Origin: Acaryochloris thomasi RCC1774
Lineage (GTDB): Bacteria > Cyanobacteriota > Cyanobacteriia > Thermosynechococcales > Thermosynechococcaceae
Assembly (NCBI RefSeq): GCF_003231495.1
Contig: NZ_PQWO01000005.1
Coordinates: forward strand, 1-32,000
Direction of reading: 5' to 3'
DNA: 32,000 nucleotides
A model generated the notes under the pieces. That model had not been told where the DNA came from. It did not search any database and saw only the letters and a program-made list of their open reading frames with translations. Position numbers and translations under genes: made by a program. Below are positions 13,952-21,879 of this stretch, one piece after another. Each line of letters starts with the position of its first letter. The stretch's first letter is position 1.

Positions 13952-16900
13952 ATGTCTCAATCATCTTTAGATTTTTCGAGCCTTACTGGCAGCAATGGCT
14001 TTGTTATTAGCGGCATTGATGAAAGTGATTATTCAGGCCATTCGGTCAGCGGTGCGGGTGATGTCAACGGTGATGGCATTGACGATCTGATTATCGGCGC
14101 TCCCTTGGCCGACCCCAATGGTAACGAGAGTGCGGGGGAGAGCTATGTGGTATTCGGTGACAGCGGCTTTGATAGCAGCCTTAATCTAGCCAGTCTCGAC
14201 GGTAGCAATGGCTTTGTTATTAGCGGCATTGATGAAAATGATTTTTCCGGTGACTTGGTCAGCGGTGCGGGTGATGTCAACGGTGATGGCATTGACGATC
14301 TGATTATCGGCGCTTCCTTCGCCGACCCCAATGGTAGCGAGAGTGCGGGGGAAAGCTATGTAGTGTTTGGTAGCAGCGGTTTTGATAGCAGCCTTGATCT
14401 CGCAAGTCTTGATGGTAGCAATGGCTTTGTTATCAGCGGCATCGCAACCTTTGATAGGTCAGGCCGTTCGGTGAGCAGTGCTGGTGATGTCAATGGTGAT
14501 GGCATTGACGACCTGATTATCGGGGCCTTCAGGGCGGATCCAGAGGGTATCGATAATGCGGGTCAAAGCTACGTAGTGTTTGGTCACAGCAGTGGTTTTA
14601 GCAGCAGTATCAGTCTTTCAAGCCTGGACGGTAGCAACGGTTTTATCCTGGATGGCCTTAATCCATCTGCTCAAGTCGGTCATTCGGTTAGCAGTGCCGG
14701 TGACATTAACGGTGATGGCATTGACGATCTAATTATTGGTGCACCTGGTGCTATCAACCCAGAGAGTCAAGAGATTAATGGGCAGAGTTATGTAATTTTT
14801 GGTGACAGCAGTGGTTTTGATAGCACCATTGACCTATCAAGCCTTGACGGCAGCAATGGCTTTACCCTCAATGGTATTGATTCCAATACTAACTCTGGCT
14901 ATTCAGTGAGCAGCGCTGGGGATATCAATGGTGATGGCATTGACGACCTAGTTATCGGTGCCCCTTTTGTCAATGTCAATGGCCGCATCAATTACTATGG
15001 CGAGAGCTATGTAGTATTTGGCAACAGCAGTGGTTTTGACAGCAGCATTGATCTGGCAACCCTTAATGGCAGCAATGGCTTTACTCTCAACGGTACTCGT
15101 TTCGAAAGCTTTTCAGGTAGTTTAGTCAGCAGTGCGGGTGACGTCAACGGCGATGGGATTGACGACCTGATTATCCGTGACTATGGCCAGGGCTATGTCG
15201 TATTTGGCAACAGCAGCGGGTTTGATAGCAGTCTCGATCTACGGCGCCTCGACGGTGACAATGGTTTTGTCATTGGCAGAGCGATTGGTTCAGTCAGCAG
15301 CGCGGGGGATATTAATGGTGACGGAATTGACGATTTGATCCTCGGGACATCCGGTGCTGACCCTGATGGCATCGATAATGCGGGCGAAAGCTATGTGGTG
15401 TTCGGCAATGCGTCTCCTGAACTAGATTTGAGTGGGGTAGATAATAGTACCTCTCCCACCAGCATTGACTACGAAGCCATCTTTATCGGCGATCCCTTGG
15501 TGATTGTGGGGACTGGCCTCAGCCTTACGGATGCTAACTCCGACAGGATAGTAGGGGCCACGGTTACGATTACCAACCTTACTAATGGCTTAGCCGAGAG
15601 CCTCAGTGCGATCACGACCGGCACTAATATTACAGCAACCTATGATTCAGGCACCCTCACCCTCAGCGGCACCGATACGGCTGCCAACTATCAGCAAGTC
15701 CTCCAGACCGTCACTTACCAAAATTTGACGCCCACGGGTGCAACACGAACCGTTGAGTTTGTTGTTGACGATGGCGAGACCCATTCCAATAGCAGTGCGA
15801 TCGCAACCACCACCGTGACTTTTGAAGTGGGTGATGCACCGGTTGCCCCTAATGACCGCATTACCGTGAATGAGACCGGTCGCGTCAATGGCAACGTTCT
15901 AGCGGATAACGGCGATGGAGCAGATAGCGACCCGAATGGCGATCTCTTGACGGTCTCTGCCGTCAATGGCCGCGATGCAGATATCAACACTCAAATTACG
16001 CTCCTTTCAGGCGCCTTGCTTACGCTCAATAGCGATGGCACCTTTCAGTATGACCCCAATAATCAATTTGCATCCCTTGCGGCTAGGGAAAACGCCACAG
16101 ATCAATTTACCTACACTGTGACCGATGGCGATGGGGAAACAGATACGGCCACCGTTGACGTTGAAATTAAAGGCTTGGCGGGGGCCTATCGCATTGGTAC
16201 CGCTGGCCAGGATCAGCTTGTGGGAAGCGCCTTTGGGGATACCTTAGAGGGTCTAGCAGCAGATGATGTGCTGATCGGGGGCCGCGGTCGCGATTCTCTA
16301 GCAGGGGGAAGGGGCAACGACTCCCTGAGTGGCGGCAGCGGCAGTGACACTCTCAAAGGCCACGCAGGGAACGATACCCTCCGGGGTGGTGACGGCATTG
16401 ACTGGCTCCAAGGTGGCCGCGGTCACGATTCTCTTGTCGGCGGTCTCAACAACGATACGCTCGAAGGCCAGACAGGCAATGATACGCTCTTGGGCGGCAG
16501 CAATAGTGATGTGCTAATCGGCGGTGCTGGGATTGATGTACTCTACGGGGGACTAGGCAGTGATGTCCTCAGGGGTGGTCAAAATCGCGATACCCTCAAC
16601 GGTCAAGCAGGGAACGATACGCTTGAAGGCCAAGCTGGCTCTGATATTTTGCTGGGCGGCGGCGGGAACGATATTCTCGTGGGTGGCGCGAATAACGATA
16701 CGCTCACGGGCGGTTCTGGAGCTGACACGTTCCAGTTCGATGCGAACTTCAATCGTTTGGGTATCGACACAATTACCGACTTTTCCAGCAACGATGTGCT
16801 GCAGTTAAGCCAGTCCATTTTCGGGTTAAGCGGTGCAGGCGTTACTGAGATTTCTATGCAGGAATTTGCCTCGGTGGGTAGTCTAACTGCGGCTGAGAAT

Positions 16901-17050
16901 AGTAGCGCTTTGATTACCTACAATCGCAATGATGGCAGTTTGTACTTTAATACCAATGGCTCCACTTCTGGGCTGGGTTCAGGGGGTCAGTTCGCTCAGT
17001 TAGACAATGCCTTCGGTCTCACGGCTAGCCATATTGAGCTTGTGAGCTAG
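13952..17050 (+). CDS. FG-GAP (seven repeats) + adhesin-like beta module + VCBS/cadherin-like domain + RTX block + shared C-terminal module
   Basis: 1032 aa. Seven GD[IV]NGDGIDDL repeats span about 13952-15420. A module with ...ITATYDSGTLTLSGTDTAANYQQVLQTVTYQN... spans about 15420-15827. A VCBS-like segment ...DQFTYTVTDGDGETDTATVDVEIKG spans about 15830-16160. RTX repeats span about 16185-16740. The C-terminus matches the paralogs. No signal peptide and no Cys. Confidence 0.9.
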   Translation: MSQSSLDFSSLTGSNGFVISGIDESDYSGHSVSGAGDVNGDGIDDLIIGAPLADPNGNESAGESYVVFGDSGFDSSLNLASLDGSNGFVISGIDENDFSGDLVSGAGDVNGDGIDDLIIGASFADPNGSESAGESYVVFGSSGFDSSLDLASLDGSNGFVISGIATFDRSGRSVSSAGDVNGDGIDDLIIGAFRADPEGIDNAGQSYVVFGHSSGFSSSISLSSLDGSNGFILDGLNPSAQVGHSVSSAGDINGDGIDDLIIGAPGAINPESQEINGQSYVIFGDSSGFDSTIDLSSLDGSNGFTLNGIDSNTNSGYSVSSAGDINGDGIDDLVIGAPFVNVNGRINYYGESYVVFGNSSGFDSSIDLATLNGSNGFTLNGTRFESFSGSLVSSAGDVNGDGIDDLIIRDYGQGYVVFGNSSGFDSSLDLRRLDGDNGFVIGRAIGSVSSAGDINGDGIDDLILGTSGADPDGIDNAGESYVVFGNASPELDLSGVDNSTSPTSIDYEAIFIGDPLVIVGTGLSLTDANSDRIVGATVTITNLTNGLAESLSAITTGTNITATYDSGTLTLSGTDTAANYQQVLQTVTYQNLTPTGATRTVEFVVDDGETHSNSSAIATTTVTFEVGDAPVAPNDRITVNETGRVNGNVLADNGDGADSDPNGDLLTVSAVNGRDADINTQITLLSGALLTLNSDGTFQYDPNNQFASLAARENATDQFTYTVTDGDGETDTATVDVEIKGLAGAYRIGTAGQDQLVGSAFGDTLEGLAADDVLIGGRGRDSLAGGRGNDSLSGGSGSDTLKGHAGNDTLRGGDGIDWLQGGRGHDSLVGGLNNDTLEGQTGNDTLLGGSNSDVLIGGAGIDVLYGGLGSDVLRGGQNRDTLNGQAGNDTLEGQAGSDILLGGGGNDILVGGANNDTLTGGSGADTFQFDANFNRLGIDTITDFSSNDVLQLSQSIFGLSGAGVTEISMQEFASVGSLTAAENSSALITYNRNDGSLYFNTNGSTSGLGSGGQFAQLDNAFGLTASHIELVS

Positions 17051-17055
17051 ATCTT

Positions 17056-17162
17056 TTTTGAGGGTTGCGATCGCATCTCACAGACCACTCCATAATCATG
17101 ATGTATAACAGTAGGCCAAGCCTCTTCTCTTAGACACGTCATCTAAGCATCTACAAACATCC
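17056..17162 (-). pseudogene. Second decayed copy of the TPR/GT41 gene 5' region, split by a ~36-nt insert
   Basis: 17056-17079 TTTTGAGGGTTGCGATCGCATCTC matches 5755-5777. 17116-17162 CCAAGCCTCTTCTCTTAGACACGTCATCTAAGCATCTACAAACATCC matches relic 1 (9504-9555) and the intact gene. The intervening 17080-17115 has no counterpart. Confidence 0.6.
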
Positions 17163-17747
17163 AATCTGGTAAAAGTGAAGTAATTTAGAAATTAGAAAAC
17201 TTAACAGCTATTAGGCACAACTCTCAGAGAGAGAGGTTCCCGTATCGATTGGGGCATCTAAAGGGCAGAAAGCGATTGATGACAGAGCAAGGCTGCCCTC
17301 ATGCAGCTAATTACCGCGATAGTGCCGACTCAAAATATATGTGCTAGGTTGAGTGCGGGGTTTTAAAAGTCTTACTGGAATGCGGGGTTTAATTAATTTT
17401 TTGTGTCGCGGTGTATTGGCAAAAACGTCAATATATTAGTAGGCACAAATTGACCAGTATCAGACTTTTCCATTTCAGAAATATTGTTCTTTGAGGCATC
17501 CACAACCTAGTTGGGGCTGCTCATAATTTGATCAACAGAAGTGCCTGCAACAGTCGCAGAACTTTCACTCAACACAATATTTCTAACTTTAATTTTTTCT
17601 ATAATTTTCCTCCTTCAGCTCGGCAGGTGGACCAACTTTGCTGCTTGGATCTGACCTCAACAATCAGAGTTGCTTAGTCTGAAACAGCTCTGACAGGGAA
17701 ATATTCCTGCCCAATACTGCATCCTTATTTGCCTTTATCCACCTTTA

Positions 17748-17772
17748 TTTCTGGCGTCAGAGAAGCAAAAAC
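17748..17772 (+). promoter_or_regulatory. Conserved leader directly upstream of the three FG-GAP/RTX start codons
   Basis: TTTCTGGCGTCAGAGAAGCAAAAAC-ATG (17748-17772), TTTTTGGCGTCAGAGAGGCAAAAAA-ATG (6702-6726) and TTTCTGGTGTCAGCAAGGCAAAAAAT-ATG (13926-13951). It is absent upstream of the matrixin gene. Confidence 0.5.
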
Positions 17773-20631
17773 ATGGCTCAATCATCTTTAGATCTCTCAA
17801 GCCTCAACGGCAATAATGGCTTTGTCATCAACGGCATTGACATCAATGACACCTCTGGTGACTCCGTCAGCAATGCCGGAGACATCAATGGCGATGGCAT
17901 TGACGACTTGATTATCGGCGCTCCTGCGGCTGACCCCAACGGCGACAACTCCGGCGAGAGCTACGTTGTCTTTGGTAGCTCCAGCGGATTCAGCAGCAGC
18001 CTAAATCTCTCAAGCCTCAACGGCAGCAATGGCTTTGTCATCAACGGCATCGATCAGGACGATAACTCTGGTCGTTCAGTCAGTCGTGCCGGTGACGTCA
18101 ACGGCGACGGCATTGATGACGTTATTATCGGCGCTCCCTTTGCCGACCCCAACGGCAATAGCTCGGGTGAGAGCTACGTCGTATTTGGCAGCTCCAACGG
18201 CTTCAACAGCAGCTTAGATCTCTCAAGCCTCAACGGCAGCAATGGCTTTGTCATTAACGGCGTTGCTCCACTTGACCAATCTGGTCGTTCAGTCAGTCAT
18301 GCAGGTGACGTCAACGGCGACGGCATTGACGATTTTATTATTGGCGCTCCCTTCGCCGACTCCAATGCTGTTAGCTCTGGTGAGAGCTACGTGGTGTTTG
18401 GTCGTTCCGGCGGTTTCGGCAGCAGCTTCAATCTCTCTACACTTGATGGCTCTAATGGCTTTGTCATCAACGGTACGGCACCAGACGACAGTGCGGGTCG
18501 TTCAGTGAGCAGTGCTGGCGATATCAATGGTGACGGAATTGACGACATTATTATCAGCGCCCCCTTCGCCGACCCCAACAACAACGACCAAGCCGGTGAA
18601 AGCTACGTCGTCTTTGGTCGCAGTACCGGATTCAACAGCACCCTGAACCTTTCTGCGCTCAACGGCTCCAATGGTTTTGTCATTAGCGGCATTGATGAGT
18701 ATGACAACTCGGGCCGTTCGGTAAGCAGTGCCGGAGATATCAATGGCGACGGAATTGATGACCTGATTATCGGCGCTCCCTTTGCCGACCCCAACGGTAT
18801 TAGCTCGGGTGAGAGCTACATCGTCTTTGGCAACTCCAACGGCTTTAGCAGTAACCTAGATCTCTCCAGCCTCAACGGCAGCAATGGCTTCATTATCAAC
18901 GGCATCGCTTCGAGAGGGGGAGGAGGCGCGACCGGTGACGAGTCAGGCTATTCAGTCAGCGGTGCCGGAGACGTCAACGGTGACGGCATTGACGACCTGA
19001 TTATCGGCGCTCCCAATGCCAACCTCAGCAATAGCGGCGGTGAAAGTTACGTCGTCTTTGGCAGCTCCAACGGCTTCAACAGCAGCTTAAATCTCTCCGA
19101 TCTCGACGGCAGCAACGGCTTTGTAATTACTGGCACAGATGAGAACGATTTTTCCGGTCACTCAGTCAGCGGTGCCGGAGACGTCAATGGTGATGGAATT
19201 GACGACATTATTGTAGGTGCGCAGGGTGGCGACGCCAATACCAATGACGAGGGTGAAAGCTATGTCATCTTCGGTAACGCGACCCCAGACCTAGACTTAA
19301 ACGGCAACGGTACCGGTGGAATTGACTTCAGCGCCACCTTCACAGGATCTGAAATCCTCGTTGTCGATAGTGATCTAAGCGTAGGGGATGATAACTCAGC
19401 GACCCTGTCTGGGGCCACCGTCAAGATCACAAATCGCCTCAACGGCACTAACGAGCAGCTCAATGCTGACACGACGGGCACCAGCATTACAGCAACATAT
19501 AACGCAAGCACGGGTGTTCTCACCCTCAGCGGCACTGGCACTGCAGCCAACTATCAGCAAGTTCTGCGCACGATCACCTACAGCAACACAGATCCAGTCG
19601 GCCCTTCACGGATTATTGAATTCAGCGTTGATGACGGGGAAGCCCACAGCAACACCAGCCAGGTCGCCGTCACTACCCTAACGTTTGCAGGTCTACCCAC
19701 TTCAGGCCCCGATCAGCTTATCGGAACATCAGGCAACGACACTCTCAAAGGCTTCGCCGGTAACGATCTGATCTCAGGGGGCAACGGCAGCGATCGACTA
19801 GAGGGTGGCATCAACAGCGACACCCTCCAAGGCCAAGGGGGTAATGACACCCTCCTCGGCAACGACGGTATTGACTTACTCCAGGGGGGCAGCGGCAGCG
19901 ACTCCCTCAGCGGAGGACTCAACAACGATACCCTCCAAGGCCAAGGGGGAAGTGACACACTCCAAGGCGACGCCGGCAATGATTCTCTGGTCGGCGCGTC
20001 TGGAGGCGACCTCCTGCAAGGCGGTAGCGGCAACGATACCCTTAGCGGCGGTGGCAATAACGACACCCTCGAAGGGCAGGCGGGCAATGATACGCTCCGT
20101 GCCAACAGTGGTCTCGACTCTCTGGTGGGAGCAGCGGGAAATGATCTACTGCAAGGAGGCTTAGGAAATGACACACTCGACGGCGGCAGTGGTGACGATA
20201 CACTCGAAGGACAGGGGAGCTTTGATGTCTTATTGGGGGGCAGCGGCAACGACATTCTGGTCGGTGGGTTGAATAATGACACACTCACGGGCGGCACGGG
20301 GTCTGATATATTCCGATTTGACACGGGCTTCAACAGCTTAGGCATGGATAAGATCACCGACTTCGCAAGCAATGATGTGCTGGAGTTAAGCAAGTCTGTC
20401 TTTGACTTGAGCGGTGTAGCAGGCGCTAATATTGTTGCCAGTGAGTTTGCCTCAGTGAACAGCCTGACAGCAGCCGGGAACAGTGCAGCGCTGATCGTCT
20501 ACAACCGCAATACTGGCGATCTGTACTTCAACGCCAATGGCTCCGCTGCAGGGCTAGGCTCCGGTGGGCAGTTTGCCGAACTGGACAACACGTTCAACCT
20601 CAGTGCAAATCATATTGAGCTGACGACCTAA
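17773..20631 (+). CDS. FG-GAP (seven repeats) + adhesin-like beta module + RTX block + shared C-terminal module
   Basis: 952 aa. Seven GD[IV]NGDGIDD repeats span about 17773-19270. The module ...ITATYNASTGVLTLSGTGTAANYQQVLRTITYSN... spans about 19280-19690. RTX repeats span about 19700-20320. The C-terminus IFRFDTGFNSLGMDKITDF...GGQFAELDNTFNLSANHIELTT follows. No signal peptide and no Cys. Confidence 0.9.
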   Translation: MAQSSLDLSSLNGNNGFVINGIDINDTSGDSVSNAGDINGDGIDDLIIGAPAADPNGDNSGESYVVFGSSSGFSSSLNLSSLNGSNGFVINGIDQDDNSGRSVSRAGDVNGDGIDDVIIGAPFADPNGNSSGESYVVFGSSNGFNSSLDLSSLNGSNGFVINGVAPLDQSGRSVSHAGDVNGDGIDDFIIGAPFADSNAVSSGESYVVFGRSGGFGSSFNLSTLDGSNGFVINGTAPDDSAGRSVSSAGDINGDGIDDIIISAPFADPNNNDQAGESYVVFGRSTGFNSTLNLSALNGSNGFVISGIDEYDNSGRSVSSAGDINGDGIDDLIIGAPFADPNGISSGESYIVFGNSNGFSSNLDLSSLNGSNGFIINGIASRGGGGATGDESGYSVSGAGDVNGDGIDDLIIGAPNANLSNSGGESYVVFGSSNGFNSSLNLSDLDGSNGFVITGTDENDFSGHSVSGAGDVNGDGIDDIIVGAQGGDANTNDEGESYVIFGNATPDLDLNGNGTGGIDFSATFTGSEILVVDSDLSVGDDNSATLSGATVKITNRLNGTNEQLNADTTGTSITATYNASTGVLTLSGTGTAANYQQVLRTITYSNTDPVGPSRIIEFSVDDGEAHSNTSQVAVTTLTFAGLPTSGPDQLIGTSGNDTLKGFAGNDLISGGNGSDRLEGGINSDTLQGQGGNDTLLGNDGIDLLQGGSGSDSLSGGLNNDTLQGQGGSDTLQGDAGNDSLVGASGGDLLQGGSGNDTLSGGGNNDTLEGQAGNDTLRANSGLDSLVGAAGNDLLQGGLGNDTLDGGSGDDTLEGQGSFDVLLGGSGNDILVGGLNNDTLTGGTGSDIFRFDTGFNSLGMDKITDFASNDVLELSKSVFDLSGVAGANIVASEFASVNSLTAAGNSAALIVYNRNTGDLYFNANGSAAGLGSGGQFAELDNTFNLSANHIELTT

Positions 20632-20693
20632 AGCATCTCTGAGGCACTAGCGCCAGCTCTCCCTGCGATGACAACATTCTGCCCCAAACAGAA

Positions 20694-20715
20694 AGCCAGC
20701 CCTAGCGGGCTGGCT
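20694..20715 (-). terminator. Rho-independent terminator for the small secreted-protein gene 20747-21136 (also closes the convergent RTX gene)
   Basis: A perfect 9-bp stem AGCCAGCCC / GGGCTGGCT with loop TAGC. On the minus strand it is followed by TTTCTGTTTGG. Confidence 0.65.
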
Positions 20716-20746
20716 CAGAAAAATGAATGGGAAGCGCTACTGAGGG

Positions 20747-21136
20747 TTACTCAGCAGATGCAGCATTTGTCGATTGTCCTGGTGGTGAATTAACTTTCAG
20801 CACTCGGCAACCTGGCGATACATTGGCGACCACAAATGCGGCTCCGTTAGGACCACAGGTAACAAGAGAGTTAGAGCCATCTGACGTAATGGTAGTGGCA
20901 GCTTCCTCAGCCCCACCGATATCAGACTCTGCTTCTTGCGTAGGATCACTTTCAGGGCTAAGCGTGTCTTCTGGAGCAGCAGGCGCTTCAGGCTCTAGCC
21001 GAGGGGACTCTCCTGCTTCAGGTGAAATGGGATCAGCGGGAGCATCCAGCGGACCTGACTGTGCGAGAACACTAGTACTGGAAAGAACTGTTGCGGCCAA
21101 TGCAGCAGACAGAAGCTTAGTGAACTTAATTTTCAT
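20747..21136 (-). CDS. Small secreted protein of unknown family (signal peptide + acidic Pro/Glu-rich linker + conserved two-Cys C-terminal block), paralog A
   Basis: 129 aa. A strong SD GAGGAGAA lies 8 nt before the ATG. The signal peptide is MKIKFTKLLSAALAATVLSSTSVLAQ. The C-terminal block ITSDGSNSLVTCGPNGAAFVVANVSPGCRVLKVNSPPGQSTNA is nearly identical to 21526-21879. A terminator lies downstream. Confidence 0.8.
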   Translation of the reverse strand: MKIKFTKLLSAALAATVLSSTSVLAQSGPLDAPADPISPEAGESPRLEPEAPAAPEDTLSPESDPTQEAESDIGGAEEAATTITSDGSNSLVTCGPNGAAFVVANVSPGCRVLKVNSPPGQSTNAASAE

Positions 21137-21144
21137 ATCGTTTT

Positions 21145-21190
21145 CTCCTCATCAAAAAATGAACCCATTACAAACAATGGGTTGAGGAAT
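21145..21190 (-). promoter_or_regulatory. Structured 5' leader: anti-SD (UCCUCA) + hairpin + U-tract + SD (UGAGGAG); second copy at 21888-21935
   Basis: On the minus-strand RNA, UCCUCA (21188-21183) is followed by the hairpin AACCCAUU/AAUGGGUU (21183-21162), then CAUUUUUUGA, then the SD UGAGGAG (21151-21145). Copy 2 keeps UCCUCA (21933-21928) and UGAGGAG (21894-21888) but has a different hairpin, CCAUCA/UGGUGG (21924-21909), with a G.U pair that exists only on the minus-strand transcript. Confidence 0.45.
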
Positions 21191-21472
21191 GATTATATGT
21201 AGTTGGCTTATAGGTTCAAAACAAACCAACAGATGTGAGTCTGTATCTATTAATACAGACTCAAGGTAAAGAAGCCGTGAATCTGCTGTTTTCGAATACC
21301 CAAAAGCGAAAGTATAGGGATTCACGCCTTCTTATCCATCACGCAAGGGCAAAAAATGACGTCAAGATCTCGAGCCGCGAGCCGAGTTTTAGAGTGATAG
21401 CATCCCGTATGATTGCTAGGCTCGTTGAGGTATCGTCAACGCCCGAACTGGTGACAAGATAACATCGGTCAC

Positions 21473-21505
21473 AAAATTAGCCAGCCCTGAGGACTGGCTA
21501 ATTTT
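21473..21505. terminator. Bidirectional-type hairpin terminator downstream of 21526-21879
   Basis: AAAATTAGCCAG (21473-21484) pairs with CTGGCTAATTTT (21494-21505) as perfect 12-bp arms. The GC-rich core is flanked by A4 and T4. Confidence 0.6.
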
Positions 21506-21525
21506 GTCAATAGCAAAAACAGATC

Positions 21526-21879
21526 TTATTCAGCGTTTGTAGATTGTCCTGGGGGTGAATTAGCCTTCAGCACATGGCAGCCAGGAGAAACCTCTGCCAC
21601 GATAAATGCTGCGCCGTTAGGACCACAGGTGACAAGAGAATTAGAACCATCTGAAGTAATGCTAGATGTTGCAACACCAGGGTCAGCCTCCTCGGGCAAA
21701 GGCTCACTCTCGGGAGCAGCAGGCTCAGCCGGGAAGTCAGGATCTACTTGCTCAGACTCGTCTGCCGGCCCAGTCGTGTTGGGTGCTTCACTAGGACTTG
21801 GCTGAGCAATCGCATTTGTCCCTGAAAGGACCGTTACCGCGAGTGCGGTGTAAAGAAAGCTCGTGAACTTGGTTTTCAT
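21526..21879 (-). CDS. Small secreted protein of unknown family, paralog B
   Basis: 117 aa. SD is GAGGAGAA. The signal peptide is MKTKFTSFLYTALAVTVLSGTNAIAQ, followed by an acidic Pro/Glu-rich linker. The C-terminal block is ITSDGSNSLVTCGPNGAAFIVAEVSPGCHVLKANSPPGQSTNAE. Confidence 0.8.
   Translation of the reverse strand: MKTKFTSFLYTALAVTVLSGTNAIAQPSPSEAPNTTGPADESEQVDPDFPAEPAAPESEPLPEEADPGVATSSITSDGSNSLVTCGPNGAAFIVAEVSPGCHVLKANSPPGQSTNAE

Noticed and set aside
6727-20631. Type I secretion apparatus genes (ABC, MFP, TolC) or acyltransferase (RtxC-like) expected near RTX genes
   Set aside because: I looked for these, but none of the ORFs in the window has ABC Walker motifs or MFP/OMP features, so none is reported. 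The substrates appear to be orphaned from their exporter within this window.
20727-21185. 152-aa plus-strand ORF overlapping the small secreted-protein gene
   Set aside because: The minus-strand ORF has a strong SD, a signal peptide, a paralog and a terminator. The plus-strand ORF is its shadow.
21269-21333. Long-range inverted repeat AAGAAGCCGTGAATC ... GATTCACGCCTTCTT (14/15 complementary) between the two small secreted-protein genes
   Set aside because: It is real in the sequence, but it is present in only one of the two duplicated upstream regions and has a 35-nt loop. No support for function.
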